Positions 1 through 8,071 of a stretch of DNA of 32,000 nt are shown here, piece by piece. How positions within the stretch are numbered: the stretch's first letter is position 1; the number at the start of each line of letters is the position of its first letter. A program made the position numbers and the translations under genes. The stretch covers positions 5,130,001 through 5,162,000 of the forward strand of contig NZ_LN831024.1 of NCBI RefSeq assembly GCF_001457615.1, read 5' to 3'. The notes beneath the pieces were generated by a model. The model worked only from the letters and a program-made list of their open reading frames with translations, did no database searches and was not told the DNA's origin. The stretch is from Pseudomonas aeruginosa (lineage in GTDB: Bacteria > Pseudomonadota > Gammaproteobacteria > Pseudomonadales > Pseudomonadaceae).

Positions 1-1
1 C

Positions 2-970
2 TCGAACAAGGAGACTGTCGACGAGAACCTGAGCGAGAGCCAGCTGTACCAGCAGGCGCAGGACGACCTCAACAACAAGAGCTACAACAGCGCCGTCACC
101 AAGCTGAAAGCCCTCGAGTCGCGCTATCCCTTCGGCCGCTACGCCGAGCAGGCCCAGCTCGAGCTGATCTACGCCAACTACAAGAACATGGAGCCCGAAG
201 CCGCCCGCGCCGCCGCCGAACGCTTCATCCGCCTGCATCCGCAGCACCCCAACGTCGACTACGCCTACTACCTCAAGGGCCTGTCCTCCTTCGACCAGGA
301 CCGCGGCCTGCTGGCGCGCTTCCTGCCGCTGGACATGACCAAGCGCGACCCGGGCGCCGCCCGCGACTCCTTCAACGAGTTCGCCCAGCTCACCAGCCGC
401 TTCCCCAACAGCCGCTACGCCCCGGACGCCAAGGCGCGCATGGTGTACCTGCGCAACCTGCTGGCGGCCTACGAAGTGCACGTCGGCCACTACTACCTGA
501 AGCGCCAGGCCTATGTCGCCGCCGCCAACCGCGGTCGCTACGTGGTGGAGAACTTCCAGGAAACCCCGGCAGTCGGCGATGGCCTGGCGATCATGGTCGA
601 AGCCTACCGTCGCCTGGGTCTCGACGACCTGGCCAGCACCAGCCTGGAAACCCTCAAGCTGAACTATCCGGATAACGCCAGCCTCAAGGATGGCGAGTTC
701 GTCGCCCGCGAAAGCGAGGCCGACACCCGCTCCTGGCTGGCCAAGGCCACCCTGGGCCTGATCGAGGGCGGCGAGCCGCCGCCGCACATGGAAACCCAGG
801 CCGCCAAGGACGTGATCAAGCAGTACGAGGATGCCGAGCGGGAGATCCCCGCCGAACTGAAGCCGGAAAACCAGGATCACAGCGCCGACGACGAGAAGCC
901 GGAGAGCGATGACGACGAAGACTCCGGCCGCTCCTGGTGGAGCTACATGACCTTCGGTCTCTTCGACTGA
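2..970 (+). CDS. bamD: Outer membrane protein assembly factor BamD (ComL), 5'-truncated by the window edge
   Basis: The frame is open from base 2 ([61 protein letters not shown]...), so the ATG at 188 in the ORF track is internal. TPR-like BamD sequence followed by an acidic tail. Stop TGA at 968-970, then an intrinsic terminator. Confidence 0.9.
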
Positions 971-984
971 TCGCACGAAACACC

Positions 985-1013
985 GAAGGGAGGCGCAGGC
1001 CTCCCTTCTTTTT
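985..1013 (+). terminator. Rho-independent terminator after bamD
   Basis: GAAGGGAGGC (985-994), loop GCAG, GCCTCCCTTC (999-1008), then TTTTT (1009-1013). Confidence 0.85.
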
Positions 1014-1126
1014 GCCCGCCGCCATGCCTCTCCCAGCGCCAAACGCCGCACAGCCTGGACCTTCCCGGCTGGGATCGAGCCGGCGGCTTGGCTAAACTGC
1101 AGCTTTCTCCAGCCTCCGAGATCACC

Positions 1127-1372
1127 ATGGGCCTTTTCCGCCTCCTGTTCTGGATCGCCCTGATCGCCATCGCGTTCTGGCTCTGGCGTCGCTTTACCCG
1201 TCCCACTCCGCGCCAGCAGCAACGTCCGCAGGACGAGCCGAGCGCATCGCCGATGGTCCGCTGCGCCCATTGCGGCGTCCACGTGCCGCAGGCCAACGCC
1301 CTCGCCCACGAACAACGCTGGTATTGCAGCCAGGCGCACCTGCGCCAGGACCAGGGCGACCGTGCGCGCTGA
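1127..1372 (+). CDS. Small membrane-anchored protein with a C-terminal Cys/His zinc-ribbon-like motif (probably the PP0621-type family); overlaps the pilS start
   Basis: The track ORF starts at TTG 1088; the ATG at 1127 gives MGLFRLLFWIALIAIAFWLWRRF (one TM helix), a Pro/Gln-rich linker, then CAHCGVHVPQANALAHEQRWYCSQAHL. High GC3 codon usage. Stop TGA at 1370-1372 lies 11 nt inside pilS (GTG 1362). Confidence 0.6.
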   Translation: MGLFRLLFWIALIAIAFWLWRRFTRPTPRQQQRPQDEPSASPMVRCAHCGVHVPQANALAHEQRWYCSQAHLRQDQGDRAR

Positions 1373-2954
1373 ACGGCTACGGCTGAGCGAGGAGCAGGGG
1401 CAACGCATCCTCCGTCTGTACCACCTGTACCGCCTGACCATCGGCCTGGTACTGGTCCTGCTGATCTCCAGCGAACTGGAAGATCAGGTCCTCAAGCTCG
1501 TCCACCCTGAACTGTTCCATGTCGGCAGTTGGTGCTACCTGGTCTTCAACATCCTGGTCGCGCTGTTCCTGCCGCCGTCACGGCAATTGCTGCCGATCTT
1601 CATCCTCGCGCTCACCGACGTACTGATGCTTTGCGGCCTGTTCTACGCAGGTGGCGGCGTACCCAGCGGCATCGGCAGCCTGCTGGTGGTGGCGGTGGCC
1701 ATTGCCAACATCCTGCTGCGCGGGCGCATCGGCCTGGTCATCGCGGCGGCGGCCAGCCTCGGCCTGCTCTACCTGACCTTCTTCCTCAGCCTGAGCAGTC
1801 CGGACGCCACCAACCACTACGTCCAGGCCGGCGGCCTCGGCACCCTGTGCTTCGCCGCCGCGCTGGTGATCCAGGCTCTGGTGCGGCGCCAGGAGCAGAC
1901 CGAAACGCTGGCCGAAGAACGCGCCGAGACGGTCGCCAACCTGGAGGAACTCAACGCATTGATCCTGCAGCGCATGCGCACCGGCATCCTCGTGGTCGAT
2001 AGCCGTCAGGCCATCCTCCTCGCCAACCAGGCCGCCCTCGGCCTGCTCAGGCAGGACGACGTGCAGGGCGCCAGCCTGGGCCGCCACAGCCCGATGCTGA
2101 TGCACTGCATGAAGCAATGGCGCCTGAATCCCAGCCTCCGTCCGCCGACGCTCAAGGTGGTGCCGGATGGCCCGACGGTGCAACCCAGCTTTATCAGCCT
2201 CAACCGCGAAGACGACCAGCACGTGCTGATCTTCCTCGAAGACATTTCGCAGATCGCCCAGCAGGCGCAGCAGATGAAGCTGGCCGGTCTCGGCCGCCTG
2301 ACCGCCGGCATCGCCCATGAGATCCGCAACCCGCTGGGCGCGATCAGCCACGCCGCCCAACTGCTGCAGGAGTCAGAGGAACTGGATGCCCCGGACCGAC
2401 GCCTGACGCAGATCATCCAGGACCAGTCGAAGCGGATGAACCTGGTCATCGAGAACGTCCTGCAGCTCTCCCGTCGCCGCCAGGCCGAACCGCAGCAGCT
2501 CGACCTGAAGGAGTGGCTTCAGCGGTTCGTCGACGAATATCCCGGCAGGCTGCGCAACGACAGCGAACTGCACCTGCAGCTCGGTGCCGGCGACATCCAG
2601 ACCCGCATGGACCCACACCAGTTGAACCAGGTGCTGAGCAACCTGGTGCAGAACGGTCTTCGCTACAGCGCCCAGGCGCACGGGCGCGGCCAGGTCTGGC
2701 TGAGCCTCGCGCGCGACCCGGAGAGCGACCTGCCGGTGCTGGAAGTCATCGACGACGGTCCCGGCGTACCGGCGGACAAACTGAACAACCTGTTCGAACC
2801 CTTCTTTACTACAGAAAGCAAAGGCACCGGCCTGGGCCTCTATCTCTCCCGCGAACTCTGCGAGAGCAACCAGGCACGGATCGACTACCGCAATCGCGAG
2901 GAAGGCGGCGGCTGCTTCCGCATCACCTTCGCCCACCCGCGCAAACTCAGCTGA
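1362..2954 (+). CDS. pilS: Sensor histidine kinase PilS (type IV pilus regulation)
   Basis: 530 aa. Multi-TM N-terminus, H-box AGIAHEIRNPL, and N/G boxes (NLVQNGLRY, DDGPGV, GTGLGL). Begins MRAERLRLSEEQ as I recall for PilS. Directly followed by pilR. Confidence 0.95.
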   Translation: MRAERLRLSEEQGQRILRLYHLYRLTIGLVLVLLISSELEDQVLKLVHPELFHVGSWCYLVFNILVALFLPPSRQLLPIFILALTDVLMLCGLFYAGGGVPSGIGSLLVVAVAIANILLRGRIGLVIAAAASLGLLYLTFFLSLSSPDATNHYVQAGGLGTLCFAAALVIQALVRRQEQTETLAEERAETVANLEELNALILQRMRTGILVVDSRQAILLANQAALGLLRQDDVQGASLGRHSPMLMHCMKQWRLNPSLRPPTLKVVPDGPTVQPSFISLNREDDQHVLIFLEDISQIAQQAQQMKLAGLGRLTAGIAHEIRNPLGAISHAAQLLQESEELDAPDRRLTQIIQDQSKRMNLVIENVLQLSRRRQAEPQQLDLKEWLQRFVDEYPGRLRNDSELHLQLGAGDIQTRMDPHQLNQVLSNLVQNGLRYSAQAHGRGQVWLSLARDPESDLPVLEVIDDGPGVPADKLNNLFEPFFTTESKGTGLGLYLSRELCESNQARIDYRNREEGGGCFRITFAHPRKLS

Positions 2955-2968
2955 CGGAAGCCGCACGC

Positions 2969-4306
2969 ATGAGCCGACAAAAAGCCCTGATCGTCGACGA
3001 TGAACCGGATATCCGCGAACTGCTGGAAATCACTCTCGGCCGCATGAAGCTGGACACCCGCAGCGCCCGCAACGTCAAGGAAGCCCGCGAGTTGCTGGCC
3101 CGCGAGCCGTTCGACCTGTGCCTCACCGACATGCGCCTGCCGGACGGCAGCGGCCTCGATCTGGTCCAGTACATCCAGCAGCGCCATCCACAGACCCCGG
3201 TGGCCATGATCACCGCGTACGGCAGCCTGGACACCGCGATCCAGGCGCTCAAGGCCGGTGCCTTCGACTTCCTCACCAAACCGGTCGACCTCGGTCGCTT
3301 GCGGGAGCTGGTGGCAACCGCCCTGCGCTTGCGCAACCCGGAAGCCGAGGAAGCGCCGGTGGACAACCGCCTGCTCGGCGAGTCGCCGCCGATGCGCGCC
3401 CTGCGCAACCAGATCGGCAAGCTGGCGCGCAGCCAGGCGCCGGTCTACATCAGTGGCGAGTCCGGTAGCGGCAAGGAGCTGGTGGCGCGCCTGATCCACG
3501 AGCAGGGGCCACGTATCGAGCGGCCGTTCGTGCCGGTGAACTGCGGCGCGATTCCCTCCGAACTGATGGAAAGCGAGTTCTTCGGCCACAAGAAAGGCAG
3601 CTTCACTGGCGCTATCGAAGACAAGCAGGGCCTGTTCCAGGCCGCCAGCGGCGGCACCCTGTTCCTCGACGAAGTCGCCGACCTGCCGATGGCCATGCAG
3701 GTCAAACTGCTCCGTGCGATCCAGGAAAAGGCCGTGCGCGCGGTCGGCGGCCAGCAGGAGGTCGCCGTCGACGTGCGCATCCTCTGCGCCACCCACAAGG
3801 ACCTCGCCGCCGAAGTCGGCGCCGGGCGCTTCCGCCAGGACCTCTACTACCGCCTCAACGTCATCGAGCTGCGCGTACCACCGCTGCGCGAACGCCGCGA
3901 GGACATCCCGCTGCTCGCCGAACGCATCCTCAAGCGCCTGGCCGGCGACACCGGCCTGCCGGCCGCCAGGCTGACCGGCGACGCACAGGAAAAGCTGAAG
4001 AACTACCGCTTCCCGGGCAACGTCCGCGAGCTGGAAAACATGCTGGAGCGCGCCTATACCCTGTGCGAAGACGACCAGATCCAGCCTCACGACCTGCGCC
4101 TGGCCGATGCGCCGGGTGCCAGCCAGGAAGGCGCCGCGAGCCTGAGCGAAATCGACAACCTCGAGGACTACCTGGAAGACATCGAGCGCAAGCTGATCAT
4201 GCAGGCACTCGAGGAGACCCGCTGGAACCGCACCGCCGCGGCCCAGCGCCTGGGCCTGACGTTCCGCTCGATGCGCTACCGCCTGAAAAAGCTGGGCATC
4301 GACTGA
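2969..4306 (+). CDS. pilR: Sigma-54-dependent response regulator PilR
   Basis: True start is ATG 2969 (MSRQKALIVDDEPDIRELL); the track ORF from 2513 is an extension overlapping pilS. Receiver domain, AAA+ domain (GESGSGKE, GAFTGA-like ESEFFGHKKGSFTGA) and C-terminal HTH (AAQRLGLTFRSMRYRLKKLG). 445 aa. Confidence 0.95.
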   Translation: MSRQKALIVDDEPDIRELLEITLGRMKLDTRSARNVKEARELLAREPFDLCLTDMRLPDGSGLDLVQYIQQRHPQTPVAMITAYGSLDTAIQALKAGAFDFLTKPVDLGRLRELVATALRLRNPEAEEAPVDNRLLGESPPMRALRNQIGKLARSQAPVYISGESGSGKELVARLIHEQGPRIERPFVPVNCGAIPSELMESEFFGHKKGSFTGAIEDKQGLFQAASGGTLFLDEVADLPMAMQVKLLRAIQEKAVRAVGGQQEVAVDVRILCATHKDLAAEVGAGRFRQDLYYRLNVIELRVPPLRERREDIPLLAERILKRLAGDTGLPAARLTGDAQEKLKNYRFPGNVRELENMLERAYTLCEDDQIQPHDLRLADAPGASQEGAASLSEIDNLEDYLEDIERKLIMQALEETRWNRTAAAQRLGLTFRSMRYRLKKLGID

Positions 4307-4311
4307 AAGTG

Positions 4312-4345
4312 AAAAGGCCTGTCCGAAGACAGGCCTTTTGGTTTT
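4312..4345. terminator. Bidirectional intrinsic terminator between pilR and the convergent oxidase gene
   Basis: AAAAGGCCTGTC (4312-4323), loop CGAA, GACAGGCCTTTT (4328-4339), then GGTTTT. A/T runs on both flanks. Confidence 0.85.
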
Positions 4346-4351
4346 CGCTCC

Positions 4352-5446
4352 TCAGAGGCGACCAGCCGGGGCGTAGGGGGCCGGGTCGATGATCGGTTCC
4401 CGCCCGCTCATGAGATCCGCCAGCAGACGGCACGACGCCGGCGCCAGGACCAGCCCGTTGCGGTAGTGCCCGGTATTCAGCCAGAGCCCGTCGAAGCCAG
4501 GCACCGGACCGATATAGGGGATGCCTTCGGGAGAGCCCGGGCGCAACCCTGCCCAGTGGGCCACCGGCTGCATGTCCGCCAGTTCCGGCAACAGTTCTGC
4601 CGCAGACGCCCTGAGGCTTTCCTGCGCCTCGTCGGTCGGCGTCTTGTCGAAGCCCGAATGTTCCAAGGTGCTGCCGATCAGGATGTGGCCGTCGCGCCGC
4701 GGAATCGCGTAGCGCCCCTTGGCCAGCACCATGCGCGGCAGGAAATCCGCCGCGCACTTGTAGAGGATCATCTGACCTTTCACCGGTACCACGGGCAGTT
4801 CCAGGCCAAGCGGCTTCAACAACTCGCCGCTCCAGGCGCCCGCCGCCAGCAGCACCTTGTCGCCACGGATCTCGCCACGCGAAGTCGCCACGCCGACCAC
4901 TCGATCGCCGTCGCGCAACCAGCCGCGCACCTCCGTCTGTTCATGCAGTTCGAGATTGGCGAATTGTTGCAGGGATGCCCGCAATGAGCGCGCCAGGCGA
5001 GGATTGCGCACATTGGCCACGCCCGACATGTAGACCGCCCGCTGGAAGCCTGCGCCCAGCCCGGGCACCGCCGCGTAGGCCTCCTCGATCGGCACGTCCC
5101 TCAACGGCCGGGTGTGGTTGCGTGCCCACTGCAGTGCCTCGGTCTGGTCGTCCAGGTCCAGCCAGTACAGGCCAACGGTATGGACCTCGGGATCGAGCCC
5201 GGTCTCGTCGAGCAAACGCTGCCCCAGGGCCGGGTAGAAGTCCTGCGACCAGTGCGCCAGGGCGGTCACCGCCGGGCTGTAGCGCCACGGATAGAGCGGC
5301 GAGACGATCCCGCCTCCCGCCCAGGATGCCTCACGCCCACTCTCGCCCCGCTCCACCAGGGTCACCCGCAGTCCGGCGAGCGCCAGCTCCCGGGCGGTCA
5401 ACAGGCCGATGACGCCAGCGCCCACTACCACAACTCTTTCCGACAC
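4352..5446 (-). CDS. FAD-dependent oxidoreductase of the glycine/D-amino-acid oxidase family (ThiO-like)
   Basis: Start reset to GTG 5446, preceded by GGAGG (the track ORF extends to 5566). N-terminal Rossmann motif VVVVGAGVIGLLTARELA. DAO-family length of 364 aa. Confidence 0.8.
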   Translation of the reverse strand: MSERVVVVGAGVIGLLTARELALAGLRVTLVERGESGREASWAGGGIVSPLYPWRYSPAVTALAHWSQDFYPALGQRLLDETGLDPEVHTVGLYWLDLDDQTEALQWARNHTRPLRDVPIEEAYAAVPGLGAGFQRAVYMSGVANVRNPRLARSLRASLQQFANLELHEQTEVRGWLRDGDRVVGVATSRGEIRGDKVLLAAGAWSGELLKPLGLELPVVPVKGQMILYKCAADFLPRMVLAKGRYAIPRRDGHILIGSTLEHSGFDKTPTDEAQESLRASAAELLPELADMQPVAHWAGLRPGSPEGIPYIGPVPGFDGLWLNTGHYRNGLVLAPASCRLLADLMSGREPIIDPAPYAPAGRL

Positions 5447-5580
5447 CAGGGCCTCCACGATCACACAGGGGTTGCAGAAAAGTCGGTCATACGCCTCATC
5501 CCGCAGCTGATTGAGGCAACGGGGAAAATCCGGCGAGATACGACCGTCGCGGAATGATACGAGCAAAAGGACCGCCTGCC

Positions 5581-6090
5581 ATGGTCGAAAGGTCGCAGAG
5601 AGCGTTGACGCTCACCGAGCTGCTGTTTGCGCTGGTTCTGCTGGGAATACTGGGAAGCCTGGCGCTGCCTGGGATGGCAGCCTGGCTGGACGGCAATCGC
5701 GAGCGAAGTGTGTTGCACGAGCTGAGCGCGAGCATCCAGCTGGGCAGAACCCATGCCGTCGCCTACCAGCGCCCGGTGACGCTCTGTCCGTCGACCGATG
5801 GCCGTCACTGCGGCAGCGACTGGGGAGAGGGCTGGCTGCTTGCGGAAGACGGTGGGGAACGGCTTCTCGTGGGACGCGCGCTTGCAAAGAAGGAAAGGCT
5901 CCGCTGGAACCGTTCGAACCGCCTCAGGTTCCTCCCCAGCGGCCAGCTCAACATTCACAACGGGCGGTTTCTGCTCTGCGGAAGGCATACCGTTGCCTGG
6001 CAACTGATCCTCAACCGGCAGGGCCGGCTCCGTACCGCGAGCGCCAGGGAGAACCGGGAGAAACGTGAGCTATGCAGCACTTCCGGATGA
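5581..6090 (+). CDS. fimT: Type IV minor pilin-like protein FimT (GspH/FimT family)
   Basis: ATG 5581 gives a short class-III leader MVERSQRA|LTLTELLFALVLLGILGSLALP with Glu at +5. The ATG at 5554 would give an atypically long 17-aa leader. The C-terminal tail contains GRLR (6022-6033). Confidence 0.85.
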   Translation: MVERSQRALTLTELLFALVLLGILGSLALPGMAAWLDGNRERSVLHELSASIQLGRTHAVAYQRPVTLCPSTDGRHCGSDWGEGWLLAEDGGERLLVGRALAKKERLRWNRSNRLRFLPSGQLNIHNGRFLLCGRHTVAWQLILNRQGRLRTASARENREKRELCSTSG

Positions 6091-6151
6091 TCATGGACCA
6101 GTTGTCCTGCCCCACGGGCCGACCGTCAACGACCGCAAGACGCTCCCAGGC

Positions 6152-6160
6152 CCGTTTGGC
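6152..6160 (+). promoter_or_regulatory. Putative AlgR-type binding site upstream of fimU
   Basis: CCGTTTGGC fits the AlgR 9-mer pattern CCGT(T/G)(C/T)G(T/G)C as I recall it. It lies 36 nt upstream of the fimU ATG. AlgR is the known activator of fimU-pilVWXY1Y2E. Confidence 0.35.
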
Positions 6161-6195
6161 ATGCTTTCCAGGCGTAGACCCCCTGGAGCAACCGC

Positions 6196-6702
6196 ATGTC
6201 ATATCGTTCCAACTCGACCGGCTTCACCCTGATCGAGTTGCTGATCATCGTCGTCCTGCTGGCCATCATGGCGAGCTTCGCCATTCCGAACTTCAAGCAG
6301 CTGACAGAACGCAACGAACTGCAGAGCGCCGCCGAGGAACTCAATGCGATGCTGCAGTACGCTCGCAGCGAAGCCGTGTCCCAGAGGCGCGCGATCAGCA
6401 TCCAGGCGCTGAAGGACAAGGACTGGGGCAAGGGCCTGAGCATAGGTGTCCTGGCCTCAGGCTCGATCGCCGCGCCCCTGCGCAAACACGACGGCTTCCG
6501 TGCCGCCACGCTGACAGCGAAGGAAAAGAGCGCCGTGGAACATCTGACCTTCACGGCCAACGGTACCCTCGTACCGCCAACGGAACGAACCTTCGCCATC
6601 TGCCAGAACGGCAAGACCGACGGGGGCCGCGTGCTGAGCATCAGCCAGGCCGGCCGGATCCAACTCGAACCTTCCTCCAAGGCGCCCCAGTCATGCTATT
6701 GA
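6196..6702 (+). CDS. fimU: Type IV minor pilin FimU
   Basis: MSYRSNSTG|FTLIELLIIVVLLAIMASFAIPNF is a canonical prepilin leader with Gly-1, Phe+1 and Glu+5. GGAG lies 7 nt upstream. 168 aa. Confidence 0.95.
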   Translation: MSYRSNSTGFTLIELLIIVVLLAIMASFAIPNFKQLTERNELQSAAEELNAMLQYARSEAVSQRRAISIQALKDKDWGKGLSIGVLASGSIAAPLRKHDGFRAATLTAKEKSAVEHLTFTANGTLVPPTERTFAICQNGKTDGGRVLSISQAGRIQLEPSSKAPQSCY

Positions 6703-7250
6703 AATCGCGACACAGGTCGCTGCACCAATCCGGCTTCAGCATGATCGAAGTGCTGGTCGCCCTGCTGCTTATCAGCATCGGCGTGCTGGGCATGATCGCC
6801 ATGCAGGGCAAGACCATCCAGTACACCGCCGACTCGGTCGAGCGCAACAAGGCAGCCATGCTCGGCAGCAACCTGCTGGAAAGCATGCGGGCGAGCCCGA
6901 AGGCGCTGTACGACGTCAAGGACCAGATGGCCACGCAATCCGACTTCTTCAAGGCCAAGGGGTCGGCGTTCCCCACCGCGCCGTCCTCCTGCACGCCATT
7001 GCCCGACGCGATCAAGGACCGCCTGGGATGCTGGGCGGAACAGGTGAAGAACGAACTGCCAGGCGCTGGCGACCTGCTGAAGAGCGACTACTACATCTGC
7101 CGCAGCTCGAAGCCGGGCGACTGCGACGGCAAGGGCTCCATGCTGGAAATCCGCCTTGCCTGGCGCGGCAAGCAAGGCGCCTGCGTCAACGCCGCCGACA
7201 GCAGCGCCGACACCTCCCTCTGCTACTACACCCTCAGGGTCGAGCCATGA
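6693..7250 (+). CDS. pilV: Type IV minor pilin PilV
   Basis: True start ATG 6693 (MLLKSRHRSLHQSG|FSMIEVLVALLLISIG) overlaps the fimU end by 10 nt. The track ORF from 6072 is an out-of-context extension. 185 aa. Confidence 0.95.
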   Translation: MLLKSRHRSLHQSGFSMIEVLVALLLISIGVLGMIAMQGKTIQYTADSVERNKAAMLGSNLLESMRASPKALYDVKDQMATQSDFFKAKGSAFPTAPSSCTPLPDAIKDRLGCWAEQVKNELPGAGDLLKSDYYICRSSKPGDCDGKGSMLEIRLAWRGKQGACVNAADSSADTSLCYYTLRVEP

Positions 7251-8071
7251 GCATGAACAACCGCTCCCGACGGCAATCGGGCCTGTCCATGATCGAACTA
7301 CTGGTGGCCCTCGCCATCAGCAGCTTCCTGATTCTCGGGATTACCCAGATCTACCTGGACAACAAGCGCAACTACCTGTTCCAGCAAGGCCAGGCAGGCA
7401 ACCAGGAAAACGGACGCTTCGCCATGATGTTCCTGGACCAGCAACTGGCCAAGGTGGGTTTCCGTAGGCGTGCGGACGACCCCAACGAGTTTGCCTTCCC
7501 GGCGCAGCAGAAAACCGCCTATTGCGAGGCATTCAAAGCCGGCTCGACTCTGGTGCCCGCCGTGGTCAAGGCCGGCCAGAGCGGATTCTGCTACCGCTAT
7601 CAACCGGCGCCAGGCGAAGCCTACGACTGCGAAGGCAACTCGCTCACCCCCCCTAGCGATCCCTTCGCTACCGCCCAGGCCATCACCGCACGCGTTCTGT
7701 TCGTTCCCGCGACCGCCGATGTCCCCGGCAGCCTCGCCTGCTCCGCGCAGACAATCAAGGAAAAAGGCCAGGAGATCGTCAGCGGCCTGGTCGACTTCAA
7801 GCTCGAGTACGGCGTCGGCCCGACCATGGCCGGCAAACGCGAGGTGGAAAGCTTCGTCGAACAGGCCAACATCGCCGACCGTCCGGTGCGTGCCCTGCGC
7901 TACTCCGCGCTGATGGCCAGCGACAAGAACCTGCGCCAGGGCGACAGCAAGACCCTGGACGATTGGATCACGCTCTACCCCTCGTCCAAGACCAGCCTGC
8001 AAGGCAACGACAAGGACCGCCTCTACCAGATCGCCAAGGGCAGCCAGACACTCAGGAATCTCGTGCCATGA
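7247..8071 (+). CDS. pilW: Type IV minor pilin PilW
   Basis: ATG 7247 (MSMNNRSRRQSG|LSMIELLVALAISSF). ATGA overlap with the pilV stop. 274 aa. Confidence 0.95.
   Translation: MSMNNRSRRQSGLSMIELLVALAISSFLILGITQIYLDNKRNYLFQQGQAGNQENGRFAMMFLDQQLAKVGFRRRADDPNEFAFPAQQKTAYCEAFKAGSTLVPAVVKAGQSGFCYRYQPAPGEAYDCEGNSLTPPSDPFATAQAITARVLFVPATADVPGSLACSAQTIKEKGQEIVSGLVDFKLEYGVGPTMAGKREVESFVEQANIADRPVRALRYSALMASDKNLRQGDSKTLDDWITLYPSSKTSLQGNDKDRLYQIAKGSQTLRNLVP

Noticed and set aside
2513-2968. N-terminal extensions in the ORF track: pilR from 2513, pilV from 6072, pilW from 7028, pilX from 7963, pilE from 12396, ispH to 14097, fkpB to 14629, creA to 21777, yqhA to 30863, the cytochrome from 26477 and the oxidase to 5566.
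   Set aside because: The extensions overlap the preceding genes and encode Arg/Pro-rich junk. They also precede obvious native N-termini (receiver domain, prepilin leaders, signal peptides) that have proper RBSs or ATGA coupling.
5447-5580. Possible TPP riboswitch upstream of the ThiO-like oxidase gene.
   Set aside because: The minus-strand leader is at most about 110 nt. It lacks the conserved CUGAGA and ACCUGAUCUGGAUAAUGCCAGCG-type core elements, so it shows only a vague resemblance.
5554-5580. Upstream ATG at 5554 as the fimT start.
   Set aside because: It would give a 17-residue leader, much longer than typical prepilin leaders. ATG 5581 has an AAGGA about 10 nt upstream and yields an 8-residue leader. 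This remains somewhat uncertain.
6156-6171. TGGCAT…, a sigma-54 -24-like element upstream of fimU.
   Set aside because: No GC dinucleotide or TTGC -12 element lies at the required 10-nt spacing from the GG. A similar near-miss occurs at TGGCTAAACTGCA (about 1088-1100) upstream of the small ORF and pilS.
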